In this document: positions 27,061-35,486 of the stretch, in pieces | Layout: each line of letters begins with the position of its first letter | How positions within the stretch are numbered: position 1 is the first letter of the stretch | IMG/VR virus record: IMGVR_UViG_3300043443_000061 | Location: 1 to 37,980 of that record | DNA length: 37,980 nt | Strand: one strand, 5' to 3' | Source of the DNA: a virus | Lineage: Duplodnaviria > Caudoviricetes | Made by a program: the position numbers and the translations under genes | Notes under the pieces: generated by a model | The model's input: only the letters and a program-made list of their open reading frames with translations | Database searches by the model: none | What the model was told of the DNA's origin: nothing

Positions 27061-30000
27061 GATGATGATACCGTAAATGTCCAATCTGCTGCGCCATTAA
27101 CCGCAGATATATCTAGTCTTAGCAAATCGCCTGTTGACAAAGCAGTTGTTGTAGAGTTTGTATTTACCTTGTTACCAGTTGTTACTTCTACCCATGCAAC
27201 TGTTGTGGGGAAAGTTGAACCGTTGTCTGCAGATTTTAGAACTGTAGCAGTAAAACTTCCTCCGCTTGGTGCGGTTTTAGCAACCAAACTACCCAATGAT
27301 GCGGTCAATGCAGCGGGGACGCGAAGATATGGCGTCTTATCCGTGCCTGTTGTTGGTGTTCCAGTACCGCCAAAGGTAAAGTATGTAACTCCAGCGCCTG
27401 CCGAACCAGTTGCTCCTTGAGAACCAGAACCTTGTACACCCTGTAGTCCTTGCATGCCCTGTAATCCCTGAGCACCTTGTGAACCAGTAGTGCCTTGAGA
27501 GCCAGTAGCGCCTTGAGAACCTGTTAGACCTTGTAATCCCTGAAGACCTTGAGCACCTTGAGCGCCAGTAGAACCTTGAGAACCCGTTGCACCCTGAGAA
27601 CCTAATCCCTGTAGTCCTTGAGCACCTTGAGACCCAGTAGAGCCTTGTGAACCAGTTGCACCTTGGGAACCTGTAGAGCCTTGAGACCCAGTAGTGCCTT
27701 GTAATCCCTGTAGCCCCTGAAGACCTTGAGCGCCTTGTGAACCAGTTGCACCTTGTGAACCAGTTGCACCTTGAGACCCCGTTGCGCCTTGAGACCCAGT
27801 AGAGCCTTGAGACCCAGTAGTGCCTTGTAATCCCTGTAGCCCCTGAAGACCTTGAGCGCCTTGTGAACCAGTTGCACCTTGAGACCCCGTTGCGCCTTGA
27901 GACCCAGTAGAGCCTTGTAAACCTTGTAGTCCCTGAAGACCTTGAGCGCCTTGTGAACCAGTTGCACCTTGGGAACCTGTAGAGCCTTGAGACCCAGTAG
28001 AACCTTGAGAGCCAGTAGAGCCTTGAGCACCTACTCCCTGTAGCCCCTGTAGTCCTTGAGCACCTTGAGACCCCGTTGCGCCTTGAGCACCAGAACCCTG
28101 TAAACCCTGTAAACCCTGAAGACCTTGTGCGCCCAAATCGCCTGCTCTAGCAAACCAAATTGTACAGGCTTCGGTATTGATAGGCGGGAAACCTGCCGGA
28201 TTTTGTACGGTAACTTGTGTCCATGTGCCATTATTAATTACGGCAGTGACTTCAAAAATAGCGTATGTGCCATCACCCGGAATATTGGACTCAACATGCA
28301 TATGCCCCTTAACGGTAGTATTTGTTGAATCGTCCCAACTTAAGAAATATGAACCCCAATCAATAGCAACACCAGCAGTAACATCATTATCAGATATCGC
28401 AACTGCAGTTACGCTTGTTAGAGTACCACTATTAAATCTAAAATTTCCACTACCTGGGTCAGCCATAGTTGTAGTGGTGCTAAAATTATAGCGTAATCCA
28501 GCCTTATCGCCAGTTTTACCCTGAAGACCTTGAGCACCTTGAGAGCCAGTAGCGCCTTGAGAACCTGTTAGACCTTGTAATCCCTGAAGACCTTGAGCAC
28601 CTTGTGAACCCGTAGTGCCTTGAGACCCTGTAGTGCCTTGAGAGCCAGAACCTTGTAATCCCTGAAGACCTTGAGCACCTTGTGAACCCGTAGTGCCTTG
28701 AGCGCCGTCACTACCTTGAGAACCTGTAGTGCCTTGAGAACCTATTGCACCTTGTGAACCTTGAAGACCTTGTGCACCTTGAGACCCTGTAGTGCCTTGA
28801 GAACCTATTGCACCTTGTGAACCTTGTAATCCCTGAAGACCTTGAGCACCTTGTGAACCCGTAGTACCTTGAGAACCTATTGCACCTTGTGAACCTTGAA
28901 GACCTTGAGTTCCTTGTAAACCCTGAAGACCTTGAGCACCTTGAGACCCTGTAGTGCCTTGAGACCCTGTAGTGCCTTGAGAACCTATTGCACCTTGTGA
29001 ACCTTGAAGACCTTGTAATCCCTGAAGACCTTGAGCACCTTGTGAACCCGTAGTGCCTTGAGCGCCGTCACTACCTTGAGAACCTGTAGTACCTTGTAGT
29101 CCTCTTAGACCCTGCCCACCAGCTGGAGTATCTAAGATAGCAACAAAGTCAATATTCGTTTGGTGTGCAGGATTACCAGTATTGCTATGATACAATCTTA
29201 CTTCTACAGCGCCGCCGTTAATATAGTTGGCGCTAGAAATTACACCAAGTTGGAACTGTTGATAGCCCCCAAGACCATTATAGTAACCAATGTTGTCGTA
29301 AACAGAAGTATTATAATTCCATAATTGGATATAAATTGTGTGACCAGAAGATTGAGTATATGCAATATTCAAGTCAACTTGATTAAATGTTGTGACGCCA
29401 GTAAATCCAACAGATACAATCCATGCTGGTCCGGTGTTAGAACCGTCAGTTAGAATGTATTGGTTACCATCATTAAACGTTTGAATGTCAGACAAAGCAC
29501 CAGAAACGTAAACACCATTCGTCAGCGATATTGACTGCGCTGTATACGTTGTAGTAGCAGGAGGTGGTCCTTCTGCGCCTTGCGTTCCTTGGACACCCTG
29601 AATGCCTTGTATTCCCTGTAGACCCTGTAGACCCTGAAGACCCTGAAGTCCTTGCGTACCCTGCGTCCCTTGAAGACCTTGAACGCCCTGAACACCTTGC
29701 GGACCAATTAGCGCAGGATTACTACTATCAACAGTAAAAGATACATTAGCATTGCTGCCTGTTCCTGCCCCAACAGAAACAAGAATTGTAGATGTGTTAA
29801 CGAAGTTTAGTTGCTTGCTTGCTAAAGTAGAACCGCTGTTAGCCGATACCATAACAGTATTTGCTGCGCTGTTTGCGGCAGAATAGATGCTAGCAAGCGT
29901 TGAATCTAGTCCGGTAATTGCTGAAGTTGGGTGTTGGTCAGCTGAATCGCGACCAGTCAAACTTCCGTGTGAAGAAGCAGTTACAGTAGATGCCGAAGTT

Positions 30001-32708
30001 GCTAACTTGCTTAGCACCTTACGAACAGCAGCAATCTCTACTCTAGGTGTATTGTTAGTAAATGCTGAACTTGTTTGCAGAACAATCTGGTACATGAATA
30101 CCTGTTCAGCAAATGACAATCCATACTCTTGGAATTCTTCCGCGTATGCATCATCAATACTTGCGTGTGATGCGCGACCCATTACCAACTTAACAGGATT
30201 TCTGATGTCATTAGTTGCAATCAACCAGTAAGTGATATACTCACCTTCGGTTGCATCTACTAGAGAACCTAACCCTGCTGATACTGAATTATATCTTGCT
30301 AGAGATGTACCAGCAACCCATGGAGTTGTACTTGGTGCAGTGTTAGCATAGTAACCATTACCATCAAGATACAATACTTGCAATGATGCTGATGTTGTTA
30401 GAATCTGTTCATAGTCAGCTGATGGAGATGCTGAGTGAGTGATTGTATGCAACAAATCTTCGTCAGCAATCAAAAGTGGTGTTCCCACTCCAATGTTAAC
30501 AGCAGTGTCGTCCGCTAACGTGTAAGATATCGTACCACCAGAACGCCAGATTGTTCCTACGTTTAGGTGCTGATTTGAATGCCATGTAGTATCACGTTCA
30601 AATCCGTGACGTTCATCACCGAGAATTAGACCCTTACCAGTTGCAGCATTATAATAGATGTAAGAAACAATAGTATCATTCTTGAAGTCGGGAACAGACC
30701 CGCCTTCAACGAGCGTATCGGTATTCGGGTCAACACGAATAAATCGTGCACCAGAAGTATTAGCAATCGTTATCGACAAAGATGTGCTAATAGTGTGCAA
30801 TGTTCCCTTATGATAGAATGTCCATGAGCCTGATACTGGTGCGATAGTATACTCGCGAGTAGCATCATTAAACGATATGGTCGCTGCGCTTCTACTTACA
30901 ACACCATGTACGTCACCAGTAGCAGCTGCAATAGTGGCGTATCCTGCTTCTGCACCTTGCACACCTTGCGCACCGTTTAGACCTTGAGTGCCCTGTAATC
31001 CTTGCGTACCTTGAAGACCTTGAGTTCCTTGAATAGAAGTTCCTTGAGTTCCTTGTGCACCTTGGGAACCAATTGCACCTTGAGACCCAGTAGAGCCTTG
31101 TAAACCTTGTAGTCCCTGTAAACCCTGAGTTCCTTGTAACCCTTGATTGCCTTGAGAGCCTGTAGCACCTTGTGAACCTAGTGAACCTTGCGACCCAATT
31201 GCGCCTTGGCTACCTATAGTTCCTTGTAAACCTTGCGTACCCTGTAAACCTTGAGTTCCTTGAGAACCGTCACTACCTTGAGACCCAATGATTCCTTGGG
31301 AACCTGTTGTACCTTGCGATCCAGTAGAACCTTGAGAACCTATAGAGCCTTGAGCACCTATTAAGCCTTGCGTACCTTGTAAACCTTGAGTACCCTGAGA
31401 ACCTGTAGTGCCTTGAGAACCAATTGCACCTTGTAAACCTTGAGTGCCCTGAGAACCTATAGAGCCTTGAGCACCTGTAGCACCTTGTGAACCCGTAGTG
31501 CCTTGAGAACCTATTGAACCTTGAGTTCCTTGGGAACCACCAGTTCCTTGAGAACCTATTGCTCCTTGAGATCCTATTAAACCCTGTAAACCCTGAGTGC
31601 CTTGTAAACCCTGAGTTCCTTGTAGTCCTTGAGTTCCTTGGGAACCACCAGTTCCTTGAGACCCAGTGATTCCTTGCGAACCGTCAGCACCTTGAGCACC
31701 ATTAGCACCTTGTGAACCTGTAGCACCTTGGGAACCTGTAGTTCCTTGAGAACCTGAACCCTGTAAACCCTGAACGCCTTGAACGCCTTGAACGCCTTGA
31801 GGACCGACAATAGTACCAACATCGTCCCAAGTAGATCCATTGTAGATATAGAGATGTCCACTGTCTTGTACAATGTAACCATCACCGACGTTTCCGACAT
31901 AGGGGTCAGGTAAATTACTAGCCGTGGAAACACTGCCAACAATAGCAACTCCGGTGCCAGTTTGCCCTTGTACACCTTGTGCGCCTTGTGAACCAGTAGC
32001 ACCTTGAGAACCTGTAGTTCCTTGTGAACCAGATCCTTGGAGACCTTGAGTACCCTGAGCACCAGTTGTGCCCTGAGAACCATCAACACCTTGTGCCCCA
32101 ATAGTACCTTGGGAACCTGTAGTGCCTTGAGACCCAGTAGAACCTTGAGAACCTATTGAACCTTGTAGTCCTTGAGTTCCTTGTATACCCTGAAGACCCT
32201 GAGCACCTTGGGAACCGTCAGTGCCTTGAGAACCAGTAGTCCCCTGAGAACCTGAACCCTGAACACCTTGTAGTCCTTGAGTTCCTATAGCACCTTGGCT
32301 ACCTGTTGTTCCTTGAGAACCTGAACCCTGAACACCTTGTAGTCCTTGGGAACCGTCAGTGCCTTGAGAACCTGAACCTTGAAGACCTTGAGTACCCTGA
32401 GAACCATTGACGCCTTGTGACCCAGTTGTACCTTGAGAACCTGAACCCTGAAGACCTTGCGATCCTTGAGACCCGCCACTACCTTGAGAACCTTGAGTTC
32501 CTTGGACAGAACCTGCAGGTCCTTGAATACCTTGAGAACCATAAAAGCCCTGAAGACCTTGGGTTCCCTGAGTTCCTTGAGAACCCTGAGCGCCAGTGCT
32601 TCCTACAGGACCAGGTGCGCCGCTCTTAAGAGCAACCTTATCAACTGCGGGAGAAGTATTTACAACAACCCCGCCAATTTTATTATTATTAGTTACATTA
32701 ATCTTCAT
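27057..32708 (-). CDS. Giant collagen-like fibre protein (1883 aa) with several globular inserts
   Basis: About 1000 residues of Gly-X-Gln/Thr in tracts ~30955-32620, ~29570-29703, ~28500-29120 and ~27395-28140, interrupted by beta-rich domains; SHGSLTGRDSADQHPTSAITGL fibre motif. Confidence 0.88.
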   Translation of the reverse strand: MKINVTNNNKIGGVVVNTSPAVDKVALKSGAPGPVGSTGAQGSQGTQGTQGLQGFYGSQGIQGPAGSVQGTQGSQGSGGSQGSQGLQGSGSQGTTGSQGVNGSQGTQGLQGSGSQGTDGSQGLQGVQGSGSQGTTGSQGAIGTQGLQGVQGSGSQGTTGSQGTDGSQGAQGLQGIQGTQGLQGSIGSQGSTGSQGTTGSQGTIGAQGVDGSQGTTGAQGTQGLQGSGSQGTTGSQGATGSQGAQGVQGQTGTGVAIVGSVSTASNLPDPYVGNVGDGYIVQDSGHLYIYNGSTWDDVGTIVGPQGVQGVQGVQGLQGSGSQGTTGSQGATGSQGANGAQGADGSQGITGSQGTGGSQGTQGLQGTQGLQGTQGLQGLIGSQGAIGSQGTGGSQGTQGSIGSQGTTGSQGATGAQGSIGSQGTQGLQGAIGSQGTTGSQGTQGLQGTQGLIGAQGSIGSQGSTGSQGTTGSQGIIGSQGSDGSQGTQGLQGTQGLQGTIGSQGAIGSQGSLGSQGATGSQGNQGLQGTQGLQGLQGLQGSTGSQGAIGSQGAQGTQGTSIQGTQGLQGTQGLQGTQGLNGAQGVQGAEAGYATIAAATGDVHGVVSRSAATISFNDATREYTIAPVSGSWTFYHKGTLHTISTSLSITIANTSGARFIRVDPNTDTLVEGGSVPDFKNDTIVSYIYYNAATGKGLILGDERHGFERDTTWHSNQHLNVGTIWRSGGTISYTLADDTAVNIGVGTPLLIADEDLLHTITHSASPSADYEQILTTSASLQVLYLDGNGYYANTAPSTTPWVAGTSLARYNSVSAGLGSLVDATEGEYITYWLIATNDIRNPVKLVMGRASHASIDDAYAEEFQEYGLSFAEQVFMYQIVLQTSSAFTNNTPRVEIAAVRKVLSKLATSASTVTASSHGSLTGRDSADQHPTSAITGLDSTLASIYSAANSAANTVMVSANSGSTLASKQLNFVNTSTILVSVGAGTGSNANVSFTVDSSNPALIGPQGVQGVQGLQGTQGTQGLQGLQGLQGLQGIQGIQGVQGTQGAEGPPPATTTYTAQSISLTNGVYVSGALSDIQTFNDGNQYILTDGSNTGPAWIVSVGFTGVTTFNQVDLNIAYTQSSGHTIYIQLWNYNTSVYDNIGYYNGLGGYQQFQLGVISSANYINGGAVEVRLYHSNTGNPAHQTNIDFVAILDTPAGGQGLRGLQGTTGSQGSDGAQGTTGSQGAQGLQGLQGLQGSQGAIGSQGTTGSQGTTGSQGAQGLQGLQGTQGLQGSQGAIGSQGTTGSQGAQGLQGLQGSQGAIGSQGTTGSQGAQGLQGSQGAIGSQGTTGSQGSDGAQGTTGSQGAQGLQGLQGSGSQGTTGSQGTTGSQGAQGLQGLQGLTGSQGATGSQGAQGLQGKTGDKAGLRYNFSTTTTMADPGSGNFRFNSGTLTSVTAVAISDNDVTAGVAIDWGSYFLSWDDSTNTTVKGHMHVESNIPGDGTYAIFEVTAVINNGTWTQVTVQNPAGFPPINTEACTIWFARAGDLGAQGLQGLQGLQGSGAQGATGSQGAQGLQGLQGVGAQGSTGSQGSTGSQGSTGSQGATGSQGAQGLQGLQGLQGSTGSQGATGSQGATGSQGAQGLQGLQGLQGTTGSQGSTGSQGATGSQGATGSQGATGSQGAQGLQGLQGLQGTTGSQGSTGSQGATGSQGSTGSQGAQGLQGLGSQGATGSQGSTGAQGAQGLQGLQGLTGSQGATGSQGTTGSQGAQGLQGMQGLQGVQGSGSQGATGSAGAGVTYFTFGGTGTPTTGTDKTPYLRVPAALTASLGSLVAKTAPSGGSFTATVLKSADNGSTFPTTVAWVEVTTGNKVNTNSTTTALSTGDLLRLDISAVNGAADWTFTVSSS

Positions 32709-33037
32709 CTAGTAACCTGTGGAGTAACCGTAATGATTCCTTCAATTACTCTTGTTTTAACTCCGCCAGTATCAGTCATCAACAAATCATATAGGTATCT
32801 ACCTGCTTTTATATTGGCGGTGTTAGCAGCATCTATTGATAAGACAACGTTACCGTTCGCTGCATCCGAAACAGTGATGGTTAAATTAGCCGTTGCATTG
32901 CTAGAATAATACGATTTACGAATTTGGGAAGAAAACCCATAATTCGTAACGTCTATAGCAGTTTGGTCATCATTGGTCAAAGACACAGAAGTCTGAAAAC
33001 TTGTGCCTTGGTCTATGGTAAGTTCTACATATGCCAT
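32705..33037 (-). CDS. Small beta-sandwich virion protein, probable fibre anchor/adaptor (110 aa)
   Basis: LTIDQGTSF...QIRKSYYSS...AGRYLYDL...TRVIEGIITVTPQVTR, a pattern common in T4-like phages; ATGA-coupled to the 1883-aa fibre. Confidence 0.75.
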   Translation of the reverse strand: MAYVELTIDQGTSFQTSVSLTNDDQTAIDVTNYGFSSQIRKSYYSSNATANLTITVSDAANGNVVLSIDAANTANIKAGRYLYDLLMTDTGGVKTRVIEGIITVTPQVTR

Positions 33038-33065
33038 GATAGCGTCTCTTCTAAGAGTATCATGT

Positions 33066-33073
33066 TATTTAGG
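33066..33073 (-). promoter_or_regulatory. Late promoter variant CCTAAATA upstream of the 110-aa/1883-aa genes
   Basis: Overlaps the upstream TAA stop, ~29 nt before the ATG at 33037. Confidence 0.6.
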
Positions 33074-33782
33074 TGAGATAGATAATAACTCTACCATCTA
33101 CGCCATCTGTTGGAATTTCTGGTCCGCCACTACCCAAATATAGTCCACCATCTCCACCACCGCCAGCACTTCTGCTGCTAATGCCAACTATAGCAGCACC
33201 ACCGAGACCAATAGTGTCGATACTGCCAGTAGTTCCCGCTGTACCGGCACTGCTACCGGCATCGCCTCCAGAAGTCGTACCTGCACTACCACCGCTTGCG
33301 AATGGCGCTGTAGTATCAATTTGACCGCCTTGTCCACCGCCCGCAGTAATGCTAAAACTGTTCGTTAAAGTGGAACCAGCAGAGGTAGATTGTCCGCCAT
33401 TAGTACCTGGGCAAACAACTGAAGAATTAGGTGCGGTTTCATTTGTTCCCGCGACACCTTTTGCACCTCTTGACCAAGAAATACTTTTACCTGCATCTCC
33501 AGAAACAAGAGCACGTGTTATCTTAGTATAACCGCCAGAACCGCCGCCACCGCCGCCATAATCGTTAGTATCATAATAACCACCAGCACCACCGCCACCA
33601 CCACCCCAGATTTCTACGACAATCTGCGCAGCACCGGAAGGAATATTTAAACTTCCGCTAGTGCCTATAGTAGTTCCTGCAATACCTAACGTATCATATG
33701 TTACGGCAGAAAAAGGACCACCGCTAGAATTAAGGTCAACTTGATATCCGTTAGTTTTTGCAAAAAGTAATCTATGACGCAT
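33069..33782 (-). CDS. Glycine-rich adhesin-like protein (237 aa)
   Basis: VVEIWGGGGGGAGG, GGGGGGSGGY, GVDGRVIIY; polyglycine motifs reminiscent of T-even gp38 adhesins. Confidence 0.7.
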   Translation of the reverse strand: MRHRLLFAKTNGYQVDLNSSGGPFSAVTYDTLGIAGTTIGTSGSLNIPSGAAQIVVEIWGGGGGGAGGYYDTNDYGGGGGGSGGYTKITRALVSGDAGKSISWSRGAKGVAGTNETAPNSSVVCPGTNGGQSTSAGSTLTNSFSITAGGGQGGQIDTTAPFASGGSAGTTSGGDAGSSAGTAGTTGSIDTIGLGGAAIVGISSRSAGGGGDGGLYLGSGGPEIPTDGVDGRVIIYLT

Positions 33783-33785
33783 TTC

Positions 33786-34484
33786 TTAACTCCACTCAAA
33801 TCTAATTTCACCACGCGCACCATCTTGTCCAGCATCATCAAACGTGCCGCCGCCGCCGCCACCTGCTATCATGAGCGCATCAGCTGCTGCAATACTACCG
33901 TCTCCGCCAGTACCGCCACCATAAGACGTACCACCAGCATTACCACCGCCATTACCATTATTACCATTAACACCATTTTCAGAGCCGGCATCGCCACCTG
34001 TCGCAGTGCCACCTGTGCCGCCAGCACCAGTTCTAGAACCACCCAAGCCTCTACCCGCTGTTAGTGACGCTCCTCCAGTAACTGTAGTATTTCCACCGTT
34101 ACCGCCAGAAACATTATTTCCGCCACGGGCACCACCTGCGCCAACAGAATATGTAAATGTTGTAGTTCCGCCAGTTACTGCTAATGTTTTAATGACGAAT
34201 GCGCCACCGCCGCCACCACCTCCGGTCGTGCCAGTATTGTCTCCACCAGCACCGCCGCCGCCCCACGCTTTGATTGTAACTGACGTTGCACCAACAGGAG
34301 CAGTTATGGTATTAGAACCTGAAGTATATGTATCAGTGAACGGACTAAAACTCGAAAAAAATTGTTCCCATGCAGAACCGTTCCACACTTTTCCGGCAGA
34401 CGCGGAAACCCATGCAGAACCGTTCCACATTTTAATAGCACTACCTGATGCCCAAGATGTTCCGTTCCAGACCTTAATAGGCAT
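33786..34484 (-). CDS. Glycine-rich adhesin-like protein (232 aa) with N-terminal Trp repeats
   Basis: 3x K(V/M)WNG(T/S)(S/A)W, then TIKAWGGGGAGG, GGGGGGGAF, GARGEIRFEW. Confidence 0.72.
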   Translation of the reverse strand: MPIKVWNGTSWASGSAIKMWNGSAWVSASAGKVWNGSAWEQFFSSFSPFTDTYTSGSNTITAPVGATSVTIKAWGGGGAGGDNTGTTGGGGGGGAFVIKTLAVTGGTTTFTYSVGAGGARGGNNVSGGNGGNTTVTGGASLTAGRGLGGSRTGAGGTGGTATGGDAGSENGVNGNNGNGGGNAGGTSYGGGTGGDGSIAAADALMIAGGGGGGTFDDAGQDGARGEIRFEWS

Positions 34485-34493
34485 AATTATACC

Positions 34494-35270
34494 TTAAATT
34501 TGTAGCCAAATATCGCCAGCAGTATTACCTGCTCCGGGTTCAGTTGATGAAACGTATATTTTACCGCTTGTGGTATATCCGCTAGTAACATGATACAAAT
34601 ACTGGGAACCTGTAATGCCTGTTAAACCTTGTAAACCTTGTAAACCTTGTACGCCCTGTAATCCCTGAGCGCCTTGTGACCCAGTAGCGCCTTGAGAACC
34701 CGTTGCGCCTTGTGACCCTGTTGTACCTTGAGCGCCATTAGTTCCTTGAGCACCTATTCTACCCTGTAATCCTTGTAATCCCTGTAATCCCTGAACGCCC
34801 TGGACACCTTGTGCTCCTTGGGTTCCTGCTCCTGCAATTACAGAAAAAGATACGTTAGCATTACCTGCCGCAGAACCTGCTCCTGCAGCAACAGATACTT
34901 GGACAGTAGATGTATTAACAAAATTAATTTGCTGTAATGACAAGGTAGATCCGCCATTAGCAGAAACTCTTGCTGTATTTCCCGTATTGGCTAAACTAGA
35001 AGCAACATTAATGCTTGCTCCACCAAGAAACAATGTACCAGAAACTGCGGTATTACCCGCTACAGAAAGAACTGTTCCTGTTGTTTTTGCAAGCGTTAAA
35101 GTTCCGTTGTCTGAAATGGTAGTGGCTACGTTGAGGACGAGACTTCCGCCATCTTTGTAGTAATTGCCATTACGAAGAACGTTGATGGTATTTGCGACAA
35201 GGTTATGTCTTTGTACCCATGTATTAAACGTATCTGTTAAGATAATTTCACTAATATTTGCGTTAGCCAT
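34494..35270 (-). CDS. Short collagen-containing fibre protein (258 aa)
   Basis: N-terminal TDTFNTWVQRHN motif; ~24 Gly-X-Y triplets; C-terminal IYVSSTEP...GDIWLQI fibre-end motif; RBS AGAGG. Confidence 0.8.
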   Translation of the reverse strand: MANANISEIILTDTFNTWVQRHNLVANTINVLRNGNYYKDGGSLVLNVATTISDNGTLTLAKTTGTVLSVAGNTAVSGTLFLGGASINVASSLANTGNTARVSANGGSTLSLQQINFVNTSTVQVSVAAGAGSAAGNANVSFSVIAGAGTQGAQGVQGVQGLQGLQGLQGRIGAQGTNGAQGTTGSQGATGSQGATGSQGAQGLQGVQGLQGLQGLTGITGSQYLYHVTSGYTTSGKIYVSSTEPGAGNTAGDIWLQI

Positions 35271-35273
35271 CTG

Positions 35274-35483
35274 CTACCTCTTGAGCATGTTTTCAATGAG
35301 TTTGCGCAACTCATTGATTTCTTCTTTCAGACTATTTATTTCTGTTTGTTGAGACTTATCTTTTTCGACTTGGCGCATCTTCATTTCATGCTTTTTGAGG
35401 ATATCTTTATCCGTATTGAGCACTGCTTTGCTATAGATATCTTTAATCAAATGAGTTTCGTCTTTTACTTTCATGTACTTCAT
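35274..35483 (-). CDS. Small coiled-coil hypothetical protein (69 aa)
   Basis: LIKDIYSKAVLNTD followed by heptads EINSLKEEINELRKLI; fills the gap exactly. Confidence 0.75.
   Translation of the reverse strand: MKYMKVKDETHLIKDIYSKAVLNTDKDILKKHEMKMRQVEKDKSQQTEINSLKEEINELRKLIENMLKR
35333..35340 (-). promoter_or_regulatory. Possible late promoter AATAAATA upstream of the 258-aa fibre
   Basis: Same octamer as before gp19, but intragenic and ~63 nt from the ATG. Confidence 0.35.
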
Positions 35484-35486
35484 AAT

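Noticed and set aside
20897-32542. Many 60-175-aa alternative-frame ORFs (LKALKV-like) in collagen tracts
   Set aside because: Off-frame readings of 9-bp-periodic Gly-X-Gln codons; no independent coding signal.
12298-32620. CRISPR-like or non-coding tandem array
   Set aside because: Periodicity is 9 bp with no unique spacers and is fully explained by collagen coding.
34006-34497. 163-aa Pro-rich plus-strand ORF
   Set aside because: Antisense of the glycine-rich gene.
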